Shown here piece by piece: positions 17,622 through 26,348 of a DNA stretch of 64,000 nt (the first letter of the stretch is position 1; the number at the start of each line of letters is the position of its first letter). Origin of the DNA: an uncultured Actinomycetes bacterium (GTDB lineage: Bacteria; Actinomycetota; Coriobacteriia; Anaerosomatales; CAVRZR01); contig CAWEJW010000003.1 of the NCBI GenBank assembly GCA_963809535.1, forward strand, positions 116,031 to 180,030, read 5' to 3'. The translations under genes and the position numbers were made by a program. Below the pieces are notes generated by a model. That model did no database searches. It saw only the letters and a program-made list of their open reading frames with translations, and was not told the DNA's origin.

Positions 17622-19123
17622 TAGCGCCCCCTCAGCACTGAGTATCCGTATCCGAACAGCGCGAACACGGACATGAACTCGAGGCGCCCGAGCCACTGCT
17701 GAAGGATGTACATCACCTTCATGAGTGCGGGCATCAGAGGTGACGTTACTCCGCACGAGAGACCGGTGTTCGATCCAGCCGACACTGCTTCGAACGCGGC
17801 TTGCACGAAGTCGTATCCGTACAACATCCCGACGATCGCGCCTATCGCGTACATCGTCAGATACGCGATAGTGATCGTCATCGCCGTCCGCACAACTGCG
17901 TCATCGAGCCAGACGTCCCGTACGTGGTGATACTTCGCGCGAACGACAGCGGACTCCGGAGAGATCATCTTTCGAACATCCTGGATGAACGCCTTCGTAA
18001 TGACCCCAACACGAATGCCTTTGATGCCGCCGGCGGTTGAACACGCAGAGGCCCCTATCGCCATCGCGATCGTCGTCGCGATGAGGCCGACGGGACCCCA
18101 TTGCGTCACAAACGCTCTCGAGTAGATCGTTGAGAAGCCGGTCGTCGTGTGACCAGAGGCGAGCTGGTAGAAGGCCTTCCTGAAGAGGGCCATTGCATCC
18201 GAGTACACACCCATCTTCCCGAGCCAGAACGTAGCGACGAGAGTGGTCGCAGTGAGCGTGATGGCGAAGGACACGGTTTCGATGTTGCGCGTGATCTCTC
18301 TTCGGTTGCCGGTCCACACGGCCCAGTGCATCGCAAAGTTGAACGAGCCGGCGATGAAGATGACGACCGCTAGCACTTCGTACAAGAGCGAGTGGTACCA
18401 CATCGTGTTGTATGACTGCGGCGCGAATCCTCCTGTCGACCAAGCGCCCATGAACACCCAGAGGCCGTGGAAGAAGGCGCGTACCGGCCCCTGGCCGAGC
18501 CACCAGCCCGCCGCGAAGAGCGCGAGCGTGCCGACGACCAGCCAGGTCAGCGAAACGAGCCAGATCGCCCTCGCCGTCTGAATGACGTTGGGAAGCAGCC
18601 GCTCGTCCTTGCCTTCGCCGACGTACACCTTGTAAGCGCCAGCCGTGCCTTTGAACAGGAAGGTCAGCGCAATGACGACGATCCCCTGGCCGCCTGCGTA
18701 GGTGAGCAGGTGTCTCCACATGTTGAGCCCGTTGCTCACGTGATCGAGGTCCTGCAGCAGATAGAGGCCCGTCGTCGTGTACCCGCTCATGACGTCGAAC
18801 ATCGCGTCGAGGTAGCTGCCCTCGTGACCCGACAGGAAGTGCGGGAGCGCCCCCAGCGCCGTGGCGACGATCCAAGAACCGGCTGCCACGACCAGCCCGT
18901 GGCTCCACTTCAGGTCCTTGTCCGTCTTGAAGAAGTACTGCACCCCGAAGCCGAAGACCATGCACGCCGCGATGCTGATGACGAAATCGACGACTGTGTC
19001 CCACTCACCGAAAACGATTGACACCATGAGCGGAACGACCATCAACAGACCTACGCCAACGATAACCTTGCCGGTGTAGGTTGCGATAACGTAATGGTCC
19101 TCGCGGCGAGGTCGGACGATCAT
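17621..19123 (-). CDS. trkH: TrkH/KtrB family potassium uptake membrane protein
   Basis: 500 aa, polytopic, with repeated M1-P-M2 units carrying SGYTTTG, GGFAP, SGHTTTGFS and AGSNTGLS selectivity-filter-like motifs. Confidence 0.9.
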   Translation of the reverse strand: MIVRPRREDHYVIATYTGKVIVGVGLLMVVPLMVSIVFGEWDTVVDFVISIAACMVFGFGVQYFFKTDKDLKWSHGLVVAAGSWIVATALGALPHFLSGHEGSYLDAMFDVMSGYTTTGLYLLQDLDHVSNGLNMWRHLLTYAGGQGIVVIALTFLFKGTAGAYKVYVGEGKDERLLPNVIQTARAIWLVSLTWLVVGTLALFAAGWWLGQGPVRAFFHGLWVFMGAWSTGGFAPQSYNTMWYHSLLYEVLAVVIFIAGSFNFAMHWAVWTGNRREITRNIETVSFAITLTATTLVATFWLGKMGVYSDAMALFRKAFYQLASGHTTTGFSTIYSRAFVTQWGPVGLIATTIAMAIGASACSTAGGIKGIRVGVITKAFIQDVRKMISPESAVVRAKYHHVRDVWLDDAVVRTAMTITIAYLTMYAIGAIVGMLYGYDFVQAAFEAVSAGSNTGLSCGVTSPLMPALMKVMYILQQWLGRLEFMSVFALFGYGYSVLRGR

Positions 19124-19133
19124 GAGGCGGTTC

Positions 19134-19292
19134 TCACCAGATCGCCATCGCTAGGACCGCAAGGCCGAATGCGATGAGGGTGAGGGCAAGGATGAACAAC
19201 GTTTCGGTGAGCAGTCCCGCCGAGTACCGGCCCCAGTGCTCATGAGCGGTGAGGGTCGGGTATCCCTCTTCGAGATTCGAGCGATCAGCCAT
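19134..19292 (-). CDS. Small single-TM protein (52 aa) between trkA and trkH
   Basis: Own translation: MADRSNLEEGYPTLTAHEHWGRYSAGLLTETLFILALTLIAFGLAVLAMAIW. ATG 19292 follows GGGAG. Fills the trkA-trkH gap. Below the ORF-track size cutoff. Confidence 0.45.
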   Translation of the reverse strand: MADRSNLEEGYPTLTAHEHWGRYSAGLLTETLFILALTLIAFGLAVLAMAIW

Positions 19293-19296
19293 GCTT

Positions 19297-19962
19297 CTAC
19301 GCTCCCGTCAGCGCCTTCTTCAGCGCCCTCTCGTGAGCGACGTTCGTGAATGCTATGACGACGTCGCCCGGAAGCAGCTCCGTGTCGCCGTGCACGGTCA
19401 TGGCCTCCTCGCCTCGAACGATCGCGACGAGCACGCAGTCGCTCGGTAGGTCGAGTGAGGCAACGGCCTTGTTGCAGACAACGCAACGATCGGTTGGAAG
19501 CTCGATCTCTACGATCGCCATGTTGCCCTTGCGGAGCGAGGCTAGCGTCCGGATGTCTCCGACGGTAGCCTCCTCCTCAATCATCCTGGAGATGATCGTT
19601 GTGGACGAGATCGCCTCTATGCCAAGCGCGTTGAAGATATGTTCATTCTTCGGGTTGTTCACCCGAGCGACCGCGCGCGGCACCCCGAAGGCCACCTTGG
19701 CGAGCTGGCAGGCGACGAGGTTGTCGTCGTCGTCGCCCGTGACCGCTGCGAAGACGTCGGCGCGCGCCACCCCCGCGTCCTCCTGATAGGCAGCATCGCA
19801 TCCATCTCCCTGGATGATGAGCGTGCGCGATGGCAGTTCCTGGGCCAACTTGTCGACGACCTCATCGCGCTTCTCGATGAGGGCCACATCGTGGTTCGCC
19901 TCGAGGAGCGTGCGCGCGAGGTAGGACGCCACCTTGCCCCCGCCGTTGATGACGATGTACAC
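19297..19962 (-). CDS. trkA: TrkA family K+ uptake regulatory protein (RCK N + C domains), copy 2
   Basis: VYIVINGGGKVASYLARTLLEANHDVALIEK Rossmann start. GTG 19962 follows GGAGGAG. The ORF-track 371-aa version is an upstream over-extension. Confidence 0.88.
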   Translation of the reverse strand: MYIVINGGGKVASYLARTLLEANHDVALIEKRDEVVDKLAQELPSRTLIIQGDGCDAAYQEDAGVARADVFAAVTGDDDDNLVACQLAKVAFGVPRAVARVNNPKNEHIFNALGIEAISSTTIISRMIEEEATVGDIRTLASLRKGNMAIVEIELPTDRCVVCNKAVASLDLPSDCVLVAIVRGEEAMTVHGDTELLPGDVVIAFTNVAHERALKKALTGA

Positions 19963-19964
19963 GG

Positions 19965-20606
19965 CTACTCCTCCATGTACCGTTCGAGCTTCGAGAACGC
20001 CGTTTCCTTCACCCCGGCCATGATGATGTCCCCCGCCTGTAGGACCGTGTCGTCGAAGGGGACTAAAGTCGAGTTGCCGCGCGACATCGCGACGACGCGG
20101 CAGCCGCTCTCGGCCTCCATCTCGCGAACCGTCCGCGTGTCGGCGAGCCGGTTCGCTTTGAACTCCAGGATCTCGACGTCCCCGAGTGCTGAGATGTGGT
20201 GTCCGTGTCCCGCCTTGATCTTGTCGAGAAGGTTCTCCGCGACGAGCGTCGTGCCGCAGACGTAGTCGAGCCCCAACTGCTGGTACGTGCGCTCCCGGAC
20301 GGGGTTGTACAGGCGTGCCACCGCGTGCTTGACGCCGAAGATCTTGCGCGCCACCTCGGCGGCCATCAGGTTCGTGTTGTCTAGGTCGGTGACCGCGGCG
20401 AAGGAGTCGCACTCACGGATTCCGGCTTCAGCGAGGACATCCTCGTCGAAGCCGAGTCCGCGAATCGTTACGCCGTTGAACGTCGTGCCCAGGCGACGGA
20501 ACGCGTCGCCGTCCTTGTCGATGACCGTGACGTTGTGGCCCTCGACCGAGAGCAGGTTCGCGAGCTGCGATCCGACGCGCCCGCAGCCGACCACGATGAC
20601 GTTCAT
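19965..20606 (-). CDS. trkA: TrkA family K+ uptake regulatory protein (RCK N + C domains), copy 1
   Basis: MNVIVVGCGRVGSQLANLLSVEGHNVTVIDKD. ATG 20606 follows AGGAGG. Confidence 0.88.
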   Translation of the reverse strand: MNVIVVGCGRVGSQLANLLSVEGHNVTVIDKDGDAFRRLGTTFNGVTIRGLGFDEDVLAEAGIRECDSFAAVTDLDNTNLMAAEVARKIFGVKHAVARLYNPVRERTYQQLGLDYVCGTTLVAENLLDKIKAGHGHHISALGDVEILEFKANRLADTRTVREMEAESGCRVVAMSRGNSTLVPFDDTVLQAGDIIMAGVKETAFSKLERYMEE

Positions 20607-20764
20607 CAACCGCCTCCTGCGAGACACGCGTTTGCCGCTCGGGCGCTATCGGTGACCGAACGGTGGGCCGCTCGGCGTCTGAGTATTCTTTGCGCCACCT
20701 TAACTGTCTTTCGGCCCGCATGCGAGCACAGTTATCCGTGACCGTATGCGAAGGCGGACGCACG

Positions 20765-20801
20765 ACGGGCGCCGCGCGCAATCACAGCGCGCGGCGCCCG
20801 T
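20765..20801 (-). terminator. Very stable 15-bp hairpin after the DUF5679-like gene
   Basis: ACGGGCGCCGCGCGC / GCGCGCGGCGCCCGT with a 7-nt loop. No clear U tract. Confidence 0.45.
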
Positions 20802-20824
20802 ACGGCAGACTACAAAAGGACGCG

Positions 20825-20971
20825 CTACTTACCGATCTTGAACATCTTCGTGCCACAATCCGGGCACGTGCCCTGAGTCGCCGGGCGACCGTTCTTCATG
20901 ACGATGTCCTGCGGGTCCTTTATCTCCTTCTTGGCCTTGCACTTGACGCAGTAGCCTTCCTTGGCAGCCAT
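20825..20971 (-). CDS. Small zinc-ribbon protein (48 aa), DUF5679-like
   Basis: Own translation: MAAKEGYCVKCKAKKEIKDPQDIVMKNGRPATQGTCPDCGTKMFKIGK (CxxC...CxxC). AAGGAGGTG RBS. Below the ORF-track cutoff. Confidence 0.7.
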   Translation of the reverse strand: MAAKEGYCVKCKAKKEIKDPQDIVMKNGRPATQGTCPDCGTKMFKIGK

Positions 20972-21091
20972 GCAGCTTCACCTCCTTGATTGAGCGCATG
21001 CGGCACGGCTACGGAAGCAGCCGTACTTGCCTGGACTCCCCTTACGGACGAGCGTACAACCACAAGAAGTGTACTGGTTTTCCGCGGCTTG

Positions 21092-21784
21092 TCATGCACC
21101 GGCTTCGTTTAGCCGCTGACCACGAAGTCGCCCGCGTCTCGCGACGATACCGCCGGCCGTCCACAATGCGATCCCCTGCACGACCACGAGCAGGGCCAGA
21201 GAGGCGCCTGCGGTAGTCCAGAAACGCTCGGGGAAGAGCTCGATGAGCAGCGAGTCTGCCGCGAAGGTCCACGTGCCCTCGACGAAGAACAGGCCGTGGA
21301 ACGCAACGAAGAGCGCATCGAAACTGACGAGACCAGCAGCCGCGATGATGAGCGGCGCGACGAGACACGCGTACGCGCCCCATCGCAGCGCCGAGGCTAT
21401 CTCGGCGAGCCTTCTACGATAGACGGCGATCACCAGCCACGCCGATATGGCGAGCGCGAGCACGATACCGACGATGCGCGACGCCAGGACGACGTCCCGT
21501 ACGTCTTCGAGATGAGAGGTCGCGGCGGCGTCGAACCCACTGCGGCCCGCGACCGTGATCGGCAGCAGAGGCGCGCCGCGCGTCGCGACGAAGCGTCGGA
21601 CCAGCTCGGCAGTGGAGGCCGCCTCAGGAGCGGAAAGACCGGCCGACCGAGCGACGTCGAGCCGGGCGGTGAGCGCCTTGGTGAACCATGGCGCCGTGAG
21701 CACCGCGACCCCCACCAACACGGCGACGGCGCACAGCATCGCCGCGACGACCAGCCGTTCGAGGAGCCGCCAGAAGGCCGCCAC
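21092..21784 (-). CDS. TIGR01906/DUF1461 family integral membrane protein
   Basis: FDALFVAFHGLFFVEGTWTFAADSLLIELFPERFW matches the family core as I remember it. GTG 21784 overlaps the upstream TAG. Confidence 0.75.
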   Translation of the reverse strand: MAAFWRLLERLVVAAMLCAVAVLVGVAVLTAPWFTKALTARLDVARSAGLSAPEAASTAELVRRFVATRGAPLLPITVAGRSGFDAAATSHLEDVRDVVLASRIVGIVLALAISAWLVIAVYRRRLAEIASALRWGAYACLVAPLIIAAAGLVSFDALFVAFHGLFFVEGTWTFAADSLLIELFPERFWTTAGASLALLVVVQGIALWTAGGIVARRGRLRGQRLNEAGA

Positions 21785-23025
21785 TACGCGGGCTTTCCAC
21801 CGGCGACGTTCGTCCTGTCCCCGCCCTCCTCGGAAGACCTGACGAGCGCGTCGTCGGCAGCGAGGAGCAGGTCGTCCGCACTATCCCCGTCCCTCGGGAA
21901 CGCCGCAACCCCTACACTGGCGGTCGCACCCACGCCGTCGACAAGCGCGGCCGACACGACCCGCCGGACTTCGTCTCCGACGTCGAAAACAGGGTCTTCT
22001 CCAGTCGTGATGCCGTCGGGAACCTCGCTCACGATGACCGCGAATTCCTCGCCCCCGTAGCGTGCGACGACGTTCGTCGACAGGAGCGGATCGGTGTCCG
22101 GGGAGATGACGTTGCGCAGGCGAGTCGCAATCTCTGCGAGGAGACGATCGCCACGGTCGAATCCGAACCTCTTGTTGAACTCACCGAATTGGTACAGGTC
22201 GACAAGGATGACGTAGAGCGGCCGCGCGTCCCGCCGCGCCCGGCTGAGCTCGACCTGGAGGGTGCGGTAGAAGTGCGAACGGTTGTAGAGTCCTGTCGGC
22301 TCGTCGACAATCGAGGCGTTCGCAAGCTCTCGCTCGCGTGTGACAACGGACGCCATCATGAGCGTTGAGATCGCCGCGGAGCCTGCGATGACCGTCACCT
22401 GCCACAGGTACCGTATGGCCACGAAGGTAGCGTCGAGGTGAAGGCTATCGTTCGCAAACGGCACGCTCACCGCCTCAAACACCCCGAAGTACTCCCCCCA
22501 GACCACCAGCCCGAGCAGGAGCGAGATCACTGCAGCAAGAATCCACGTGCTTCGCGCCCTCGGCAGGATGAAGGCGGCCTCGAAGACGAAGAGCGGGTAC
22601 ATCGACCAGAACCACGAATTCACGCCGCCGCTGTAGAACACGAGCACGGTCACCACGAGGACGTCGAACAAGAGCTGCAGGTGATTCAGGAACGCTATGT
22701 TGCCGAGTCGCTTGTAGGTGAGCTGGTAGAAGGTGTTGTAGAGCATCACGAACACCAGGGCGACCGCCGGCACAAGCATGAGGTGCGTGAGTTCGCCGAG
22801 CGGAAGGGTCTGCGCGTAGATCCACGCGCCCACGACGGAGTAGACCGCGAGTGCTACGACGAGCGCCCAGCGCACTCGGATGACGAGGCCGACCCGGCGC
22901 GTGTTCGCTTGGAGTGCCTCGATGTCGTAGCGGGTGGGCTGCTCCCGCCACGAGACCATCGCAGCACGCGTGATCCTCTTACGCAGCCGACTCGGACTCA
23001 CTCGATCTCCGCTTCGCATGTACAA
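21784..23025 (-). CDS. Diguanylate cyclase (membrane sensor + GGDEF domain)
   Basis: About six N-terminal TM helices, then GLYNRSHF...LVDLYQFGEFNKRFGFDRGD...ARYGGEEFAVIV (GGEEF active site). Confidence 0.88.
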   Translation of the reverse strand: MYMRSGDRVSPSRLRKRITRAAMVSWREQPTRYDIEALQANTRRVGLVIRVRWALVVALAVYSVVGAWIYAQTLPLGELTHLMLVPAVALVFVMLYNTFYQLTYKRLGNIAFLNHLQLLFDVLVVTVLVFYSGGVNSWFWSMYPLFVFEAAFILPRARSTWILAAVISLLLGLVVWGEYFGVFEAVSVPFANDSLHLDATFVAIRYLWQVTVIAGSAAISTLMMASVVTRERELANASIVDEPTGLYNRSHFYRTLQVELSRARRDARPLYVILVDLYQFGEFNKRFGFDRGDRLLAEIATRLRNVISPDTDPLLSTNVVARYGGEEFAVIVSEVPDGITTGEDPVFDVGDEVRRVVSAALVDGVGATASVGVAAFPRDGDSADDLLLAADDALVRSSEEGGDRTNVAGGKPA

Positions 23026-23067
23026 GCGAACTGAGACTCCCGGGACGTGGGGCGTCCCGAGGCCGCT

Positions 23068-24810
23068 CTAAAGGTCCCGAACCATCGCGGACACGAACGA
23101 CGAGGCCAACTCGACGAGTTCGGGTGACACGTTCTCGGTCGTATCCGTGTACCAGTGCCAATTCGGCAGTTGCCCGTTTATGTCGAAGGACATGATGCTC
23201 ATCGCGCGATACTTGCGCGCGAGCGCAGGAGTGGCATCGGTAGAAAGGCCCCGATACGCGCGCGGTCGAACGAGCATGTCGTGCTCTCGGGAGACGCGGC
23301 GCGCGAGACTCACGAGTCGCCGGTCGCTCTTGTAGTGGCGCGCCATTCCCTCCGAGGTGACCCAGTACAGAGCTCCGGCTCCAATGTTGTCGATGTTGAT
23401 GAAGGCGGCGTCCTTCAGCTCCTTGCCGTACTCGCGGAGGAACGCCTGCATGCCCCGCGTGCCGACTTCCTCGGCACCGGTGGCAACGAACCAGACCTCC
23501 TTGTCCTGCAGTTCTCGGTCGACCGATTCGGTCACTCGGCGCCGAATGCGGGCTGCTTCGGTGGCGGCGAATTCGGGATCGCCGATGGGATCGTCTCCGG
23601 CCCAGCCGCCTTTGAAGCCCATGCCGTCATCGTCGTCGACCTCGTCACCGAAGTTGTCCCAGGAACCGATCTTCCGGCCTTCCTTGCGCGCCGAGAAGTC
23701 GTCTCCCACGCCAAGCCAGCCAGTCAGAGCGCTGTCCTTGCCGCCCGAGAAACGCCGAGGCTTCTTCTTGGACTTCGCCGGCATATCGTCATTCGAAGAC
23801 GACTCTCCGGATTCGGGGTCGCCGAACACGTCGGCGCTCTCGGCGCCTCGGCCGGTGCCGATGGGCGGCTCGTCGATGCTCTCGAACTCGATGGTGTCGA
23901 ACTCGAGTGTGGACTGCCCACGCTGCGGCTTGTTGGACGCGTCGGCCCACATGAAGTCGTCCGGGAGGGGCGCTCCAACCTCCTCAGGAGCATCTACGGG
24001 AGAGTACGCCAGGAGCGTATCCTCCGGCAGGCCGCCAGCTTCCTCAGCAGCCGCCAGCCCGCGACGGCGCGCGACGGGCGGAGGCACGAAGCCCTCGCCA
24101 GGCTCGGGAACGACGGTCTCCATCACGCCGAGCATGGCGGCCACGCCGGACGCGTTGTCGTTCGCGCCGTTGGTGGCCTTTGCGAAGAGCTCGCGGTGCA
24201 CATTGATCACGAGCGGTATGAGCAGGTAGGCCGCCACCACAAGCGTCGCGTACCAGATCCACGTCGCATATGCAGGTAGGATGGCGCCCGCCAAGATGAG
24301 CACGGGCACGAGGATGGTGCAGGCCTTCATAAGAGAGAACGTCAGGTTGAAGTTCTTCACCATCGACGGGGCGAATGCCAGCGACGCCTTCGCCGAATCA
24401 TAGTGTGCGACGACAACAACGGTCCGCAATCGCTCTCCCCGACGCATCTTGGGCGTGTGACGAGCCACGATGTTCTGGCTGGGACCTTTCGGCATGAGTG
24501 CAGAAAATCCCCCACGCGTGTCGAGATCGCTCCACATGACGATTGCAGTGAGCGCGGCGAGAACGAACGCCGGCCATATGAGTGAGCGATAGCCGGAGGC
24601 GTAGGCGGACGCAATGGTCAGAACGTAGTAGATGACGTACGCCCAGCTGTAGGTCCTCGGCGTGACGAACTCCTGGCGCTCCACGTCCAGCCCCCGGGAG
24701 GCGAAGACCGCCTCGATGTAGTCGGCTGCGTGCGCCTCGGTATCCGACGTCGCCGGGCGGGGACCGATGTCGTCCGCAAGCACGCGAAGGTGAGTCATTT
24801 CGCTCGCCAT
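23068..24810 (-). CDS. M28 family peptidase with internal TM segments and a long acidic linker
   Basis: MASEMTHLRVLADDIGPRPATSDTEAHAADYIEAVF; VVVAHYDS; NDNASGVAAMLGV; ATGAEEVGTRGMQAF. ATG 24810 follows GGGAGGG. The upstream 145 codons of the ORF-track call are rejected. Confidence 0.8.
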   Translation of the reverse strand: MASEMTHLRVLADDIGPRPATSDTEAHAADYIEAVFASRGLDVERQEFVTPRTYSWAYVIYYVLTIASAYASGYRSLIWPAFVLAALTAIVMWSDLDTRGGFSALMPKGPSQNIVARHTPKMRRGERLRTVVVVAHYDSAKASLAFAPSMVKNFNLTFSLMKACTILVPVLILAGAILPAYATWIWYATLVVAAYLLIPLVINVHRELFAKATNGANDNASGVAAMLGVMETVVPEPGEGFVPPPVARRRGLAAAEEAGGLPEDTLLAYSPVDAPEEVGAPLPDDFMWADASNKPQRGQSTLEFDTIEFESIDEPPIGTGRGAESADVFGDPESGESSSNDDMPAKSKKKPRRFSGGKDSALTGWLGVGDDFSARKEGRKIGSWDNFGDEVDDDDGMGFKGGWAGDDPIGDPEFAATEAARIRRRVTESVDRELQDKEVWFVATGAEEVGTRGMQAFLREYGKELKDAAFINIDNIGAGALYWVTSEGMARHYKSDRRLVSLARRVSREHDMLVRPRAYRGLSTDATPALARKYRAMSIMSFDINGQLPNWHWYTDTTENVSPELVELASSFVSAMVRDL

Positions 24811-24925
24811 GGACCCTCCCGTTCCGGAGCGGCAGCCGACAGGGGCGAGCGTGGACCGTGCGGCTCGAACACACCCTGCCTCGCGGGTAATCATACCGCG
24901 ACAATGTCGACTGCCGGCATCGCCT

Positions 24926-25285
24926 TTAGTGGCAGCGCGTGCAGTCCTTGATGCGATACGTGGAGTGTTCGACCTGGGCCACCGGGTCGCTGCTGTGGCA
25001 GCGGCACCCAGGGATGGGTATGACGAACCTAACCTCGACGGGAGTCGCCTGACCCTGCGCCACGAGCTGGTCGTATGCGGTCCGGTACTCCGGCGCGGGA
25101 CGCTCCATCCCGCCGAAGGAATAGAGCAGGGCCGCGACGACCGCGAGGACTGCGACGGTCGCCGCGAATCCCAGGGCGACTCGCTTGACCACGCGCTTCC
25201 AGCGCGGACCCGGCGGGCCGACCTGCGAGGCGGCTGCTTCCGCATCGCCGACGGGCAACGGCTCTTGCTGTTCCTGCGCGTTCAC
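24926..25285 (-). CDS. Membrane-anchored Cys/His-motif protein (119 aa)
   Basis: GTG 25285 follows GAAGGTG. One TM (VALGFAATVAVLAVVAALLY), then IPIPGCRCHSSDP...YRIKDCTRCH at the C-terminus (CxCH and a terminal CxxCH). Confidence 0.55.
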   Translation of the reverse strand: MNAQEQQEPLPVGDAEAAASQVGPPGPRWKRVVKRVALGFAATVAVLAVVAALLYSFGGMERPAPEYRTAYDQLVAQGQATPVEVRFVIPIPGCRCHSSDPVAQVEHSTYRIKDCTRCH

Positions 25286-25305
25286 AGCCGCACCTTCACG
25301 ACGGC

Positions 25306-25692
25306 CTACCCGTGGATCAGTTGCGGCAGGCAGCGCGTGCAGACCCATGTGGACGTCCCCCGCGTCCGCACCGGGAGGAGCGGCCGGTCGTCCTCCGACG
25401 ACCCGCAATTGAAGCAGGTCTGCGCGATGTAGGTCTGCGGCTGCTCGGCCGCATGCTCATCGACAGCCTGATGGTCGAACGGAACCGCCTCGCGGGTCTC
25501 CACCGTGAGGGCGCCGGTCGGGCACACGCCGAGGCAGAACCCGGCACCGTCGCACAGTTCCTCCCGAACGACCTTGGCCTTGCCATCGATGATTTGGATC
25601 GCGCCTTCCGCGCATGGGCTCACGCACACCCCGCAACCGGTGCAGAGATCCTCATCGATGCGGACTATCTGCCTGGTGATCGTCTGTGACAT
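25306..25692 (-). CDS. 4Fe-4S dicluster domain protein with a C-terminal Cys4 ribbon
   Basis: CTGCGVCVSPCAEGAI ... CDGAGFCLGVCPTGAL, then CFNCG...VCTRC. ATG 25692 follows AAGGAG. Confidence 0.8.
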   Translation of the reverse strand: MSQTITRQIVRIDEDLCTGCGVCVSPCAEGAIQIIDGKAKVVREELCDGAGFCLGVCPTGALTVETREAVPFDHQAVDEHAAEQPQTYIAQTCFNCGSSEDDRPLLPVRTRGTSTWVCTRCLPQLIHG

Positions 25693-25744
25693 TTCTCGTA
25701 CTCCTTCTTTGGAGCTGACGTGTCGGGCCGCTCTGCGCCCGCGC

Positions 25745-26176
25745 TTATTGGTCCGAGGCGCTGCCCGCCTTCTCGCTGGCGCGCTTGTGACGCCTCGTTT
25801 CGACGACGTGCTTGATCCCATCGATCGCATGTCCGTGCAGCATCGAGCGCGGACCCGAGTAGCGCATCATCTGCCGCTGCCATTCCCGCTCTTCGCTCCG
25901 GTAGCAATGGACGTCGCAGTTCGCACAGAACGGCTTCGGGTCCTTCGGGCAGAACGCGCGACGCTTCTCGCCGTACGCGAGATGGGCCTCGCACTCGGCG
26001 CAGAGCACGGGCGTCTTCTTCCCGTAGACGCCGAGGCGAGCCGCGTCGGTCACGGCAGGAATGCGCGCCACCTCGCGATGCTGACCCGCACAGTAGATCT
26101 CGATGAGATCCGCAAGCGTGCGGGTGTCCTTGGCGACCTTGTGGTCTTGCATGCGTTCTTGGAACGTCTTGCTCAT
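25745..26176 (-). CDS. YgbA-like protein (nitrous oxide-stimulated promoter family)
   Basis: IEIYCAGQH...LCAECEAHLAYGEKRRAFCP...KPFCANCDVHCYRSEEREWQRQMMRYSGPRSML resembles the YgbA family pattern as I remember it. Start is uncertain (26176, 26194 or 26206). Confidence 0.7.
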   Translation of the reverse strand: MSKTFQERMQDHKVAKDTRTLADLIEIYCAGQHREVARIPAVTDAARLGVYGKKTPVLCAECEAHLAYGEKRRAFCPKDPKPFCANCDVHCYRSEEREWQRQMMRYSGPRSMLHGHAIDGIKHVVETRRHKRASEKAGSASDQ

Positions 26177-26272
26177 GCCGCTCGATTCTCTCATGCCGAT
26201 CCGCACTGGCGAGCGTGCGCCACCTGCAGCACCGGACGAGGCACATACTAGCGGTGTGGACGGGCGCTATCC

Positions 26273-26286
26273 TTGACGCACGTCAA
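26273..26286. promoter_or_regulatory. FNR/Dnr-type box TTGAC-GCAC-GTCAA
   Basis: Perfect 14-bp palindrome. On the minus strand TAGTAT (26250-26245) puts the box centre about 41.5 bp from a predicted TSS near 26238 (class II geometry). Confidence 0.6.
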
Positions 26287-26348
26287 ATTCTGGACACACA
26301 TGCCGACGGATTCAGTCGGAAACGCTCCGTGACAACAACAGGCGGCCA

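Noticed and set aside
20607-20764. c-di-AMP (ydaO/yuaA) riboswitch upstream of the trk operon.
   Set aside because: This class is expected for K+ uptake genes, but I could not find the conserved GGGGA/GAAUC and ACCCGAAUCCG-type blocks or the pseudo-twofold layout. Kept only as an unexplained long leader.
24811-25245. N-terminal extensions in the ORF track: M28 peptidase to 25245, feoB to 37260, trkA-2 to 20412, pafB to 29043, the ATPase to 37547, the HK to 40230 and the 17016 gene to 17756.
   Set aside because: The extensions overlap upstream genes, translate to low-complexity Arg-rich sequence, and internal starts with good Shine-Dalgarno sites restore canonical N-termini.
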